Source: Cylindrospermopsis raciborskii Cr2010 (GTDB lineage Bacteria > Cyanobacteriota > Cyanobacteriia > Cyanobacteriales > Nostocaceae). Taken from it: a DNA stretch of 32,000 nt. The stretch lies in contig NZ_CP065936.1 in the NCBI RefSeq assembly GCF_003367075.2, positions 3,690,001 through 3,722,000 on the forward strand, read 5' to 3'. Positions within the stretch are counted from its first letter, which is position 1; each line of letters starts with the position of its first letter. The position numbers and the translations under genes are program-made. The notes under the pieces are model-generated. The model worked only from the letters and a program-made list of their open reading frames with translations, was not told where the DNA came from and ran no database searches. Positions 24,489-32,000 of the stretch are shown piece by piece.

Positions 24489-25370
24489 TTAATAGGGAGG
24501 ATAGGCAAAATCCTCATCATCGGCGTAAACATAGGAGCTGGTAACACCGGGAACTTCTCCCTTAGAAATTTCCGGTTTTATTGCTTCCTTACCGAATTCT
24601 TTATGTTCCTCAAAAGTGCGACAAATGATTTGGGATTCTGGGGAATCTGAAGCAATCATATAATCAGTCAAGGTAGAAGGGGTAGGATGTTTATAATCCA
24701 CCGTACAAGCGACTGGAATAATATTTGGTTCCACACCTCTTTCTTCACACTCAATGATGGGGCAAAAAATCCCATGGGCGTGAAACAAAGACCCTTTAGA
24801 AACTAAGGATTTCTTTTGAAATCCAGCATAAGCTTTTTCTAGTTCTCCTGCAAAACCTCCCGAGAGTTTACCTTGTTGATATTCGGAATAACTTTTACCA
24901 AAACTAGCACCTGACACACCACTCAGGGTCAATTGTAAAGGTGAATGGTGTAAAAACTTTTTATTTTCGCCAACTAGAAAAATCAGATGGCGAGTATAGA
25001 TTTTAAATTTAAGTTTATTAGCTAAAAAATCATCTTTGTAGTCTTTGAAAGTACCTAACCTAATTTTTGTTTCTCGGTCCTGCACTGACAAAGGTCCCCT
25101 ACGGATAATCACCAACCTGGGAGTGGTAGTAATGTAGACCGTATCCACATCCCCGGATCCAAATTCGTATTCTATCTCTTGCCAATTATCATCCGGTTTG
25201 AAACCTACAGCTTGGGCATTATCTTGTTTAATAGCCAAACCATAACTTTGCAACCCGTCCTCTCCGTAGCGAGGATTGATCATTTGACACCAAGGGAGAA
25301 CTTGGGAGGGTGGGGCATTAAATTTTTCATCTTCAAAGTCGAACTTGCTATTAGCTGTTGCTGTAATCAT
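24489..25370 (-). CDS. Conserved-looking hypothetical protein (293 aa) with an acidic C-terminal tail
   Basis: This is a long ORF with protein-like composition. I did not recognise a motif with confidence. It ends 1 nt from the mltA stop, in convergent orientation. Confidence 0.65.
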   Translation of the reverse strand: MITATANSKFDFEDEKFNAPPSQVLPWCQMINPRYGEDGLQSYGLAIKQDNAQAVGFKPDDNWQEIEYEFGSGDVDTVYITTTPRLVIIRRGPLSVQDRETKIRLGTFKDYKDDFLANKLKFKIYTRHLIFLVGENKKFLHHSPLQLTLSGVSGASFGKSYSEYQQGKLSGGFAGELEKAYAGFQKKSLVSKGSLFHAHGIFCPIIECEERGVEPNIIPVACTVDYKHPTPSTLTDYMIASDSPESQIICRTFEEHKEFGKEAIKPEISKGEVPGVTSSYVYADDEDFAYPPY

Positions 25371-25488
25371 TGCAGAATATCCCAGTGTTTAATTTATCAG
25401 GGTTTTCTTTTGTACTACCATTTGTACCATTTTTTATATCAATGGCAATTTCTAAATCAGATTTTAACAATTTCTTCCTAAATTTAAA

Positions 25489-26175
25489 TTACAAACGTTG
25501 CAATAAACTTAATCCATGGGTATCTGTTCCACAGGTGCTCATTAGTCCATACTCCTCTGCCAACATTTGTACCTCAGCAGTTAGTTTAGGACACGGTTCC
25601 CAGGGGGTGGGATTTTTGTAAGCATAAAAAGATTCTACTCCATCAATACCACACTCAGCCGCTTTGGGTATTAATTCAAAGTGCGATTTCTTGTAGCGGG
25701 CTGGATGGGCAAGCACAGCTATTCCTCCAGCGTCGTGAACAGCCGCAATGACATTTAATGCATTATATTCTTCTCCTATAGCTGCTTCTCGCTGTAAATA
25801 GGGTTTCATGCGATGGTGTTCCACTTCAAAGCTATAACTTAAAATGTGTACTTCTACATCCAATAGTTCAGCATTAATTTCTACCCCACTCCATAGATGG
25901 GGTGCGGGACTAAAAGGATGATGGCATTGCCATTCTTCTAGCCAATTTTTTGCTTTCTCATATCCTTCAACGCTATGATGATCTGTAATGGCTAAGCCCT
26001 TTAACCCAATGGCGATCGCCTGTTCCATAAGTATATGGGGGTGCAATTTACCATCAGAAAATACCGTGTGCGCATGGAAGTTGAACAATTGGGGACAACT
26101 TTGTTTATCAAGTCTTTGGAAGACTCGTCTTAGGTATTCTGTACCAGCAGTAGTCCGGGCAAAATTTACAACCAT
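25489..26175 (-). CDS. PHP-domain metal-dependent phosphoesterase
   Basis: The PHP histidine/aspartate motifs are FNFHAHTVFSDG, AITDHHS, VHILSY, VLAHPARY and CGTDTHG. Confidence 0.8.
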   Translation of the reverse strand: MVVNFARTTAGTEYLRRVFQRLDKQSCPQLFNFHAHTVFSDGKLHPHILMEQAIAIGLKGLAITDHHSVEGYEKAKNWLEEWQCHHPFSPAPHLWSGVEINAELLDVEVHILSYSFEVEHHRMKPYLQREAAIGEEYNALNVIAAVHDAGGIAVLAHPARYKKSHFELIPKAAECGIDGVESFYAYKNPTPWEPCPKLTAEVQMLAEEYGLMSTCGTDTHGLSLLQRL

Positions 26176-26365
26176 AACTCTCTGTGATCAACAATCTATA
26201 ATTTTGAATAAACCAGCAGGCCACACTTACTGATCGGATGCACCGAATCTTTTGACTTATTATGAATAATAACAAACCTGGCAAATTTTTGCCGTAAAAA
26301 TTCATCAGTATTTCTGATTAGTTGTATAAGGACATACTAATACTCTTAAATAATTTTGTCAATAA

Positions 26366-26388
26366 TCACCGACGTTCTACGTCGGTGA
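26366..26388 (-). terminator. Intrinsic-terminator-like hairpin after acnB
   Basis: On the minus strand, 5 nt after the TGA stop, lies TCACCGACG-TAGAA-CGTCGGTGA (9-bp stem), followed by TTATTGACAAAATTATTT. Confidence 0.5.
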
Positions 26389-26393
26389 CCGCA

Positions 26394-28958
26394 TCAAATC
26401 AAAGTTGCCTGCTGTTCCTTGCTAATGACCCTACCTTGATCTTCAAAACCGGTAATTTGATCGAAATTCAAGTAGCGATACAAGTTATCGGCAAAGGGGT
26501 TAATTTTTTCAACCACAACGGACATATATTCCTCCACTGTGGGAATACGTCCCAATAAAGCACAAACTGCTGCCAACTCTGCCGAACCCAAATATACTTG
26601 TGCACCATTACCCATGCGATTATTAAAATTGCGGGTTGATGTAGAAAATACAGTTGTATTATCTTCTACTCTTGCTTGATTTCCCATACATAGGCTACAT
26701 CCAGGAACTTCGGTTCTGGCATGGGCATTGACAAAAACATCATATACCTTTTCTTGCTTTAATTGATACTCATCCATTCTGGTTGGTGGTGCTATCCACA
26801 GTCTTGCTTTTACTTGGCCTGCACCTTCCAAGACCTTGGCGGTGGCGCGATAATGTCCAATATTGGTCATACAAGAGCCCACAAATACTTCCTGCACTGG
26901 ATCATTAGCAACTGCCGATAATAACTTAACATTGTCAGGATCGTTAGGGGCTGCGACAATAGGTTCCTTGATGTCGTTTAAATTAATTTCAATCACTTCT
27001 GCATATTCTGCATTTGGATCTGCTGTCAAAAGTATGGGGTTAGCCAACCATGCTTCCATTTTTGCCACTCGTCTCATAATGGTGCGCCCATCACCATAAC
27101 CTCTGGCTACCATATTTTTTAACAGGGCAATATTGGAACGTAAGTATTCAGCAATTGTTTCTTCACTTAGTTTAATAGTACAACCAGCACAAGAGCGTTC
27201 TGCTGAAGCGTCGGTCAATTCAAAAGCCTGCTCGACTTTTAAATCTGGTAGTCCTTCAATTTCCATAATTCTACCGGAGAAGATATTTTTCTTGTTCTTC
27301 TTCTCCACGGTTAATAGTCCCTTCTGGATAGCAACGTAGGGAATAGCATTAACAATATCCCTCAGAGTTACTCCTGGTTGTAATTCTCCTTTAAATCTGA
27401 CCAAAACTGATTCAGGCATATCTAAAGGCATTACACCCAAAGCACCTGCAAATGCAACCAGTCCTGAACCAGCGGGGAAAGATATGCCCAAAGGAAAACG
27501 AGTGTGGGAGTCTCCACCGGTTCCCACCGTGTCTGGTAATAACATCCGGTTCAACCAGGAGTGAATAATCCCATCTCCTGGACGAAGAGCTACACCTCCA
27601 CGGGATGCAAAAAAGTCTGGTAGTTCTTGATGGGTTTTCACATCTACTGGTTTAGGGTATGCTGCGGTGTGGCAAAAACTTTGCATTACCAGATCCGCAC
27701 TGAAACCTAAACAAGCAAGTTCTTTCAATTCATCCCTGGTCATTGGTCCTGTGGTATCTTGGGAACCAACTGTGGTCATAATTGGTTCACAGGAAGTACC
27801 TGGTCGCACACCTGGGAGACCACAAGCTCTACCAACCATTTTTTGCGCTAGGGTGTAACCCTTACCCGTATCTTTTGGTAGTTGGGGACGAATAAATAAA
27901 TCACTGGGCGCTAAACTTAATGCTTGTCTTGTCTTGTCCGTGAGAGTGCGTCCAATCAACAGAGGTATTCTTCCACCAGCGCGAACTTCATCTAAAATCG
28001 TGTCCGGTTTTAAATTGAAGGTGGCAATGATTTTTCCCTCTTTGGTGATTTCACCCTGGTAAGGGTGAATGGTAATAATGTCACCCGTTTCCATTTGAGT
28101 AACATCACACTGGATTGGTAGTGCACCCGCATCCTCAGCTGTGTTGAAAAAGATAGGGGCGATCGCACCGCCTAAAATATAACCACCTGCTCTTTTGTTA
28201 GGAACAAAGGGAATATCATTGCCTATATGCCATAATACGGAGTTGATTGCCGATTTACGTGATGAACCTGTACCCACCACATCTCCGACGTATGCTATGG
28301 GATATCCTGTTTGTTTAAGTTGGGCGATAGTTTCCAAGCTTCCTGGTTGTCTGGTTTCCAACATTGCTAAGGCGTGCAGGGGAATATCAGGACGGGTTGT
28401 GGCGTGGGTAGCGGGTGATAAATCATCAGTGTTGGTTTCTCCTGGAACCTTGAAAACCGTAACCGTAATTTGGTCTGCTAGGGTAGGACGGGAGGTGAAC
28501 CATTCTCCTGCGGACCAGGAGTCTATGACCTGTTTAGCATAGGAATTAGTCTGGGAAAGTTCTAATACATCATTGAATGAGTCATATACAAGTAGAATTT
28601 TACTTAGAGCCGTTGTTGCAGCTTCAGCTACTGGTGAGGAGAGCAAGTTAATTAATGACTGTACGTTATAACCTCCTACCATGGTTCCCAGCAGTTCTAC
28701 TGCGGTGAGAGGAGAAATTAAAGGACTGGTAATTTCTTGTTTAGCAACAGCGGTGAGGAAACCAGCTTTAATATAAGCTGATTGGTCTACTCCTGGGGGA
28801 ATGCGGTCCCGTAATAAATGTAATAATAGCTCTTCTTTTCCTGCAGGGGGATTTTTAAGTAATTCACATAGTTGAGATGTTTGCTCCACATTTAGTGGTA
28901 ATGGGGGTATACCTAATTCTCCCCGTTCTTGAGTGTGTCGTTGGTATTCTGCTAACAT
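26394..28958 (-). CDS. acnB: Aconitate hydratase B (bifunctional aconitase 2 / 2-methylisocitrate dehydratase)
   Basis: At 854 aa it has the AcnB-specific N-terminal domain ([23 protein letters not shown]...) followed by the swivel and catalytic domains (GSCMTN, cysteine ligands CSLCMGN). Confidence 0.95.
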   Translation of the reverse strand: MLAEYQRHTQERGELGIPPLPLNVEQTSQLCELLKNPPAGKEELLLHLLRDRIPPGVDQSAYIKAGFLTAVAKQEITSPLISPLTAVELLGTMVGGYNVQSLINLLSSPVAEAATTALSKILLVYDSFNDVLELSQTNSYAKQVIDSWSAGEWFTSRPTLADQITVTVFKVPGETNTDDLSPATHATTRPDIPLHALAMLETRQPGSLETIAQLKQTGYPIAYVGDVVGTGSSRKSAINSVLWHIGNDIPFVPNKRAGGYILGGAIAPIFFNTAEDAGALPIQCDVTQMETGDIITIHPYQGEITKEGKIIATFNLKPDTILDEVRAGGRIPLLIGRTLTDKTRQALSLAPSDLFIRPQLPKDTGKGYTLAQKMVGRACGLPGVRPGTSCEPIMTTVGSQDTTGPMTRDELKELACLGFSADLVMQSFCHTAAYPKPVDVKTHQELPDFFASRGGVALRPGDGIIHSWLNRMLLPDTVGTGGDSHTRFPLGISFPAGSGLVAFAGALGVMPLDMPESVLVRFKGELQPGVTLRDIVNAIPYVAIQKGLLTVEKKNKKNIFSGRIMEIEGLPDLKVEQAFELTDASAERSCAGCTIKLSEETIAEYLRSNIALLKNMVARGYGDGRTIMRRVAKMEAWLANPILLTADPNAEYAEVIEINLNDIKEPIVAAPNDPDNVKLLSAVANDPVQEVFVGSCMTNIGHYRATAKVLEGAGQVKARLWIAPPTRMDEYQLKQEKVYDVFVNAHARTEVPGCSLCMGNQARVEDNTTVFSTSTRNFNNRMGNGAQVYLGSAELAAVCALLGRIPTVEEYMSVVVEKINPFADNLYRYLNFDQITGFEDQGRVISKEQQATLI

Positions 28959-29054
28959 GCCAAGTTCCCTTTTTTGCTGTTATTGCTCCTATTTTAACCT
29001 ATTTCAGGATAAACCGTTAACCACCACCTAAAAATGCTCCGCATTAAGTGTCGC

Positions 29055-29489
29055 CTAAGTGTCACCTATACCTGTATATTGAGAACTACCGAAGATTGCT
29101 TCCGGGTAGCGGTAGTGTTTAAACTCCATGATGTTATAGAATGGGTCTTCCAAGAAAAAAGTTCGGTGTTCTAGGGGAGAACCGACAAAGCGATTTTTTG
29201 GTTCTTCTCTAAAATTCAACTCTTTAGTTTTGGCACGTTCTAGGAGTTCTTGCCAATCTTCTTCTTGGATAAACACTAAACCAAAATGCCTAGGATAAAT
29301 GGCCTTTTGAGGTGTTAAGGGTTCTTTAGTGATATGTGCTACTAGTTGATGTCCATAAAGATTAAGGATTAAAGCATGGGGGTTTTCTCGACCAGCTATG
29401 CAGCCTAATCCATCAATATAAAAGCCTTTAGTTTGAGAAATATCACCAATGGGAAATGCTAAGTGAAATATAGTTTTCATGGTTGCCAA
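29055..29489 (-). CDS. VOC (glyoxalase/bleomycin-resistance/dioxygenase) family protein
   Basis: FHLAFPIGDISQTKGFYIDGLGC...HFGLVF...FFLEDPFYNIMEFK is the typical paired beta-alpha-beta-beta-beta module pattern. Confidence 0.7.
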   Translation of the reverse strand: MATMKTIFHLAFPIGDISQTKGFYIDGLGCIAGRENPHALILNLYGHQLVAHITKEPLTPQKAIYPRHFGLVFIQEEDWQELLERAKTKELNFREEPKNRFVGSPLEHRTFFLEDPFYNIMEFKHYRYPEAIFGSSQYTGIGDT

Positions 29490-29623
29490 TGTGTATTATA
29501 GCTTTTTAGCTAGACCTATAGATGGAGTAGATGGGAAAAATTGAGTGCAGGCGTTCTGATTAGAAGCAGTGGGGTCATAGCAGCAAAGATTCAACTGTTG
29601 ACCCCAAGCTTACTACCAGCTTA

Positions 29624-29950
29624 CTAACTGGGAACCTTAGCTTCACGGGCCATGTCCATAAAACCACTCATGTTGGCACCAGGACGACGACGTGCTCGGG
29701 AAGTTAGGGTGAGCAGGTATTGGGGTGCAAAGGTAGTTTCCTTTGCTACTACTGGTTTTTCCACCGGTGCTGGAATCGATTCTACCTTGGGTGTTACAAC
29801 CGATTCTACCTTAACTACTGGTGCTACTTGTACTACTGTGGTTGGTTCATTTTCTTCTTTAAGCTCTAAGTAATATTCGTCCTTTTTGCCAAATATTCCA
29901 CTAATAAAGCTCAAAATGCCCGCAATTAAATTTTTGATAAATCCAAACAT
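29624..29950 (-). CDS. Small hypothetical protein with an N-terminal amphipathic/hydrophobic helix and a basic C-terminus
   Basis: The sequence is MFGFIKNLIAGILSFISGIFGKK...PV-rich linker...RARRRPGANMSGFMDMAREAKV. I chose the ATG at 29950; the track ORF extends to 29977. It is divergent from chlB. Confidence 0.5.
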   Translation of the reverse strand: MFGFIKNLIAGILSFISGIFGKKDEYYLELKEENEPTTVVQVAPVVKVESVVTPKVESIPAPVEKPVVAKETTFAPQYLLTLTSRARRRPGANMSGFMDMAREAKVPS

Positions 29951-30209
29951 GGCAAGATCTCCTGTCTTCGATTCCAATACAAGTTTGATTCTTTAACAAT
30001 AATTTTACATTCTAGTTACATTTTTTGATGCTCCGCTGATTTATCAGCGGATACCCAGTTCCATCGTAATAAATCTTATTTGTTTCTCGAGCTTGAGTTT
30101 GAGAAGATAGAACCAATTTAATAAACGATCCTAGTACCTACTTACCACCCGATTGAGCTTGGATTATAGGTTGGTTTAGGTTCTTTAACTTGTTACAGGA
30201 GAAGACTGA

Positions 30210-31736
30210 ATGAAATTAGCTTACTGGATGTATGCAGGACCTGCCCACATTGGCACCCTAAGAGTAGCTAGTTCTTTTAAAAATGTTCATGCGATTATGC
30301 ATGCTCCCTTGGGTGATGATTATTTTAATGTTATGCGTTCTATGTTATCCAGAGAACGTGATTTTACACCGGTTACAGCTAGCATTGTAGACCGGAATGT
30401 TTTGGCTCGCGGTTCTCAGGAGAAAGTAGTAGAAAATATCACTCGTAAGGATGCGGAAGAACACCCGGATTTAATAGTTTTGACTCCTACTTGCACTTCT
30501 AGTATTTTGCAGGAGGATCTACAAAACTTTGTAGACCGTGCTCAAATGGATGCTAAAGGGGATGTGTTGTTAGCAGATGTTAATCATTATCGTGTAAATG
30601 AGCTACAAGCAGCGGACAGAACTTTACATCAAATTGTTAAATATTACATAGAAAAAGCTCGGAAAAAAGAGGAATTGCCAAGTGGTAAAACTGAAAGACC
30701 GTCGGTGAATATTATTGGTATTTCTACTTTGGGATTTCATAATAATCATGATTGCACCGAGTTGAAAAAATTAATGGCTGATTTGGGTATTGAGGTAAAT
30801 GCAGTTATTCCTGAAGGAGCTTCAGTCCATGAGTTGAAGAATCTGCCAAAGGCCTGGTTTAACTTGATTCCCTATCGGGAATTGGGTCTATTAACTGCTA
30901 ATTACTTACAGGAAGAATTTGCCACCCCCTATGTGGATATTACTCCTATGGGTGTGGTGGAAACTGCTAGATGTATTCGTCAAATTCAACAAATAATTAA
31001 TCAACAAGGTGCCAATGTTGATTATGAAGAATTCATCAACGAACAAACTCTGTATGTATCCCAAGCTGCTTGGTTTTCTCGCTCTATTGACTGTCAGAAT
31101 TTAACCGGTAAAAAGGCGGTGGTTTTCGGTGATAGTACCCACGCAGCAGCAATGACCAAAATTCTTTCCAGGGAAATGGGTATTCATGTGGTCTGGTCGG
31201 GCACTTATTGTAAATACGATGCTGACTGGTTTAAAGCACAGGTTAGTGAATATTGTGATGAGGTTCTCATTACAGATGACCACGGATCCATCGGAGATGC
31301 GATCGCCCGGGTGGAACCTGCAGCAATTTTTGGCACTCAAATGGAACGCCATGTAGGTAAACGCTTAAATATTCCCTGTGGAGTTATTGCAGCTCCTATT
31401 CACGTACAAAACTTTCCTATAGGTTACAAACCATTTATGGGTTATGAAGGGACAAATCAACTGACTGATTTAATTTATAACTCCTTCACCCTGGGAATGG
31501 AAGATCACCTGTTAGAAATTTTCGGTGGTCATGATACTAAGGAGGTAATTACTAAGGGAATTTCTGCAGAATCTGATTTAAATTGGACAAAAGACGGGTT
31601 GGCCGAATTAAATAAGATTCCCGGTTTTGTCCGAGGTAAGGTGAAACGGAATACGGAAAAATTTGCCCGTGAACGAGGATTTAAAGATATCTCGGCGGAA
31701 GTGTTATATGCTGCCAAAGAGTCTGTGGGAGCCTAG
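30210..31736 (+). CDS. chlB: Light-independent protochlorophyllide reductase subunit B
   Basis: [46 protein letters not shown]... is the canonical ChlB sequence, at full length (508 aa). Confidence 0.97.
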   Translation: MKLAYWMYAGPAHIGTLRVASSFKNVHAIMHAPLGDDYFNVMRSMLSRERDFTPVTASIVDRNVLARGSQEKVVENITRKDAEEHPDLIVLTPTCTSSILQEDLQNFVDRAQMDAKGDVLLADVNHYRVNELQAADRTLHQIVKYYIEKARKKEELPSGKTERPSVNIIGISTLGFHNNHDCTELKKLMADLGIEVNAVIPEGASVHELKNLPKAWFNLIPYRELGLLTANYLQEEFATPYVDITPMGVVETARCIRQIQQIINQQGANVDYEEFINEQTLYVSQAAWFSRSIDCQNLTGKKAVVFGDSTHAAAMTKILSREMGIHVVWSGTYCKYDADWFKAQVSEYCDEVLITDDHGSIGDAIARVEPAAIFGTQMERHVGKRLNIPCGVIAAPIHVQNFPIGYKPFMGYEGTNQLTDLIYNSFTLGMEDHLLEIFGGHDTKEVITKGISAESDLNWTKDGLAELNKIPGFVRGKVKRNTEKFARERGFKDISAEVLYAAKESVGA

Positions 31737-31762
31737 TCAAACCCTTTTTCTAGCCTAGGTCA

Positions 31763-31807
31763 GGCGATCGCATTATTTAAAGTCTTGAGAAAAAAGATGC
31801 GATCGCC
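31763..31807. terminator. HIP1-based inverted repeat between convergent genes (GGCGATCGCAT ... ATGCGATCGCC), a possible bidirectional terminator
   Basis: An 11-bp perfect stem (31763-31773 and 31797-31807) encloses a 23-nt A/T-rich loop. It starts 27 nt after the chlB stop. Confidence 0.35.
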
Positions 31808-31822
31808 ATAATTGTAAATTGT

Positions 31823-31999
31823 CTATAATAACCCTTCCAATCGCCGACGAATACTATCTAGTTCAGAACTAGAGATTTCCTGTTGTTCCTCCTTGGTCTT
31901 TTCACTGGAATTACCCTGTTCCCAATCTGTTTTCTCTACATTTTTTTCTGGAGGGGTAATCAAAACAGTGCTATCTTGCGGTACAAATTGCCAGTCAAA
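31823..31999 (-). CDS. C-terminal end of an unidentified minus-strand gene that enters from beyond the window
   Basis: My own translation gives FDWQFVPQDSTVLITPPEKNVEKTDWEQGNSSEKTKEEQQEISSSELDSIRRRLEGLL*, an open frame from the window edge to the TAG at 31825-31823. I recognised no family, and it is too short for the ORF track. Confidence 0.3.
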   Translation of the reverse strand, partial: FDWQFVPQDSTVLITPPEKNVEKTDWEQGNSSEKTKEEQQEISSSELDSIRRRLEGLL

Positions 32000-32000
32000 G

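Noticed and set aside
26863-28542. Plus-strand ORFs inside acnB (26863..27099, 27133..27339, 27667..27858, 28195..28542). The same applies to antisense ORFs inside other long genes (8473..8670, 17001..17213, 17459..17644, 18922..19128, 20065..20304, 21682..22241, 22873..23073, 23615..24315, 25179..26305, 29652..29873, 31101..31717).
   Set aside because: These are shadow ORFs on the opposite strand or in an alternative frame of strongly supported genes. None has a recognisable domain.
1-32000. A search by eye for tRNA, rRNA, tmRNA, RNase P RNA and group II intron domain V signatures.
   Set aside because: I saw no matches to the conserved cores I know, such as GGTTCGAATCC-type T-arms, GAGGAAAGTCC, or the domain V consensus. 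A manual scan is not exhaustive, so tRNAscan-SE and cmscan would be decisive.

Overview
This is a chromosomal window from an AT-rich cyanobacterium that is rich in HIP1 (GCGATCGC). Gene content and repeat style look Nostocales-like, which is an inference. All protein calls come from reading the supplied translations and recognising motifs from memory; no database search was run.

The core genes are well supported:
- panB (5' part)
- the rbcL-rbcX-rbcS operon with a long leader
- a TPR protein and a family-3 solute-binding protein
- rpmI-rplT
- a DUF4129/DUF4350/MoxR/DUF58 operon
- a NADAR protein, mltA and a PHP phosphoesterase
- acnB, a VOC protein and chlB

The accessory material sits mainly at about 5.3-16.5 kb and 21.2-23.1 kb:
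- an MNT/HEPN toxin-antitoxin pair
- an eamA exporter plus a D-amino-acid-oxidase/ATP-grasp fusion gene that is split by a frame change
- a truncated IS5/Harbinger-like element and an IS630 HTH remnant
- two tandem DUF29 genes followed by a very AT-rich orphan Dam-type methyltransferase
- a protein with a TIR-like C-terminal half downstream of NADAR

The most unusual structure is non-coding. A roughly 490-bp unit is repeated head-to-tail about six times (10588-13298), and two copies are almost identical. Each unit carries an AT-rich cassette ending in TATAAT, a conserved segment of about 120 nt downstream of it, and a GTTGGGT/ACCCAAC hairpin. A solo copy lies at 6179-6530, so the eamA-DAO/ATP-grasp segment is bracketed by direct repeats. 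The promoter-like cassette alone recurs at 13339-13402 and 14515-14603, the latter directly in front of the DUF29-DUF29-dam genes. I cannot assign the unit to any family I know. No tRNA, rRNA or genuine CRISPR array was recognised.
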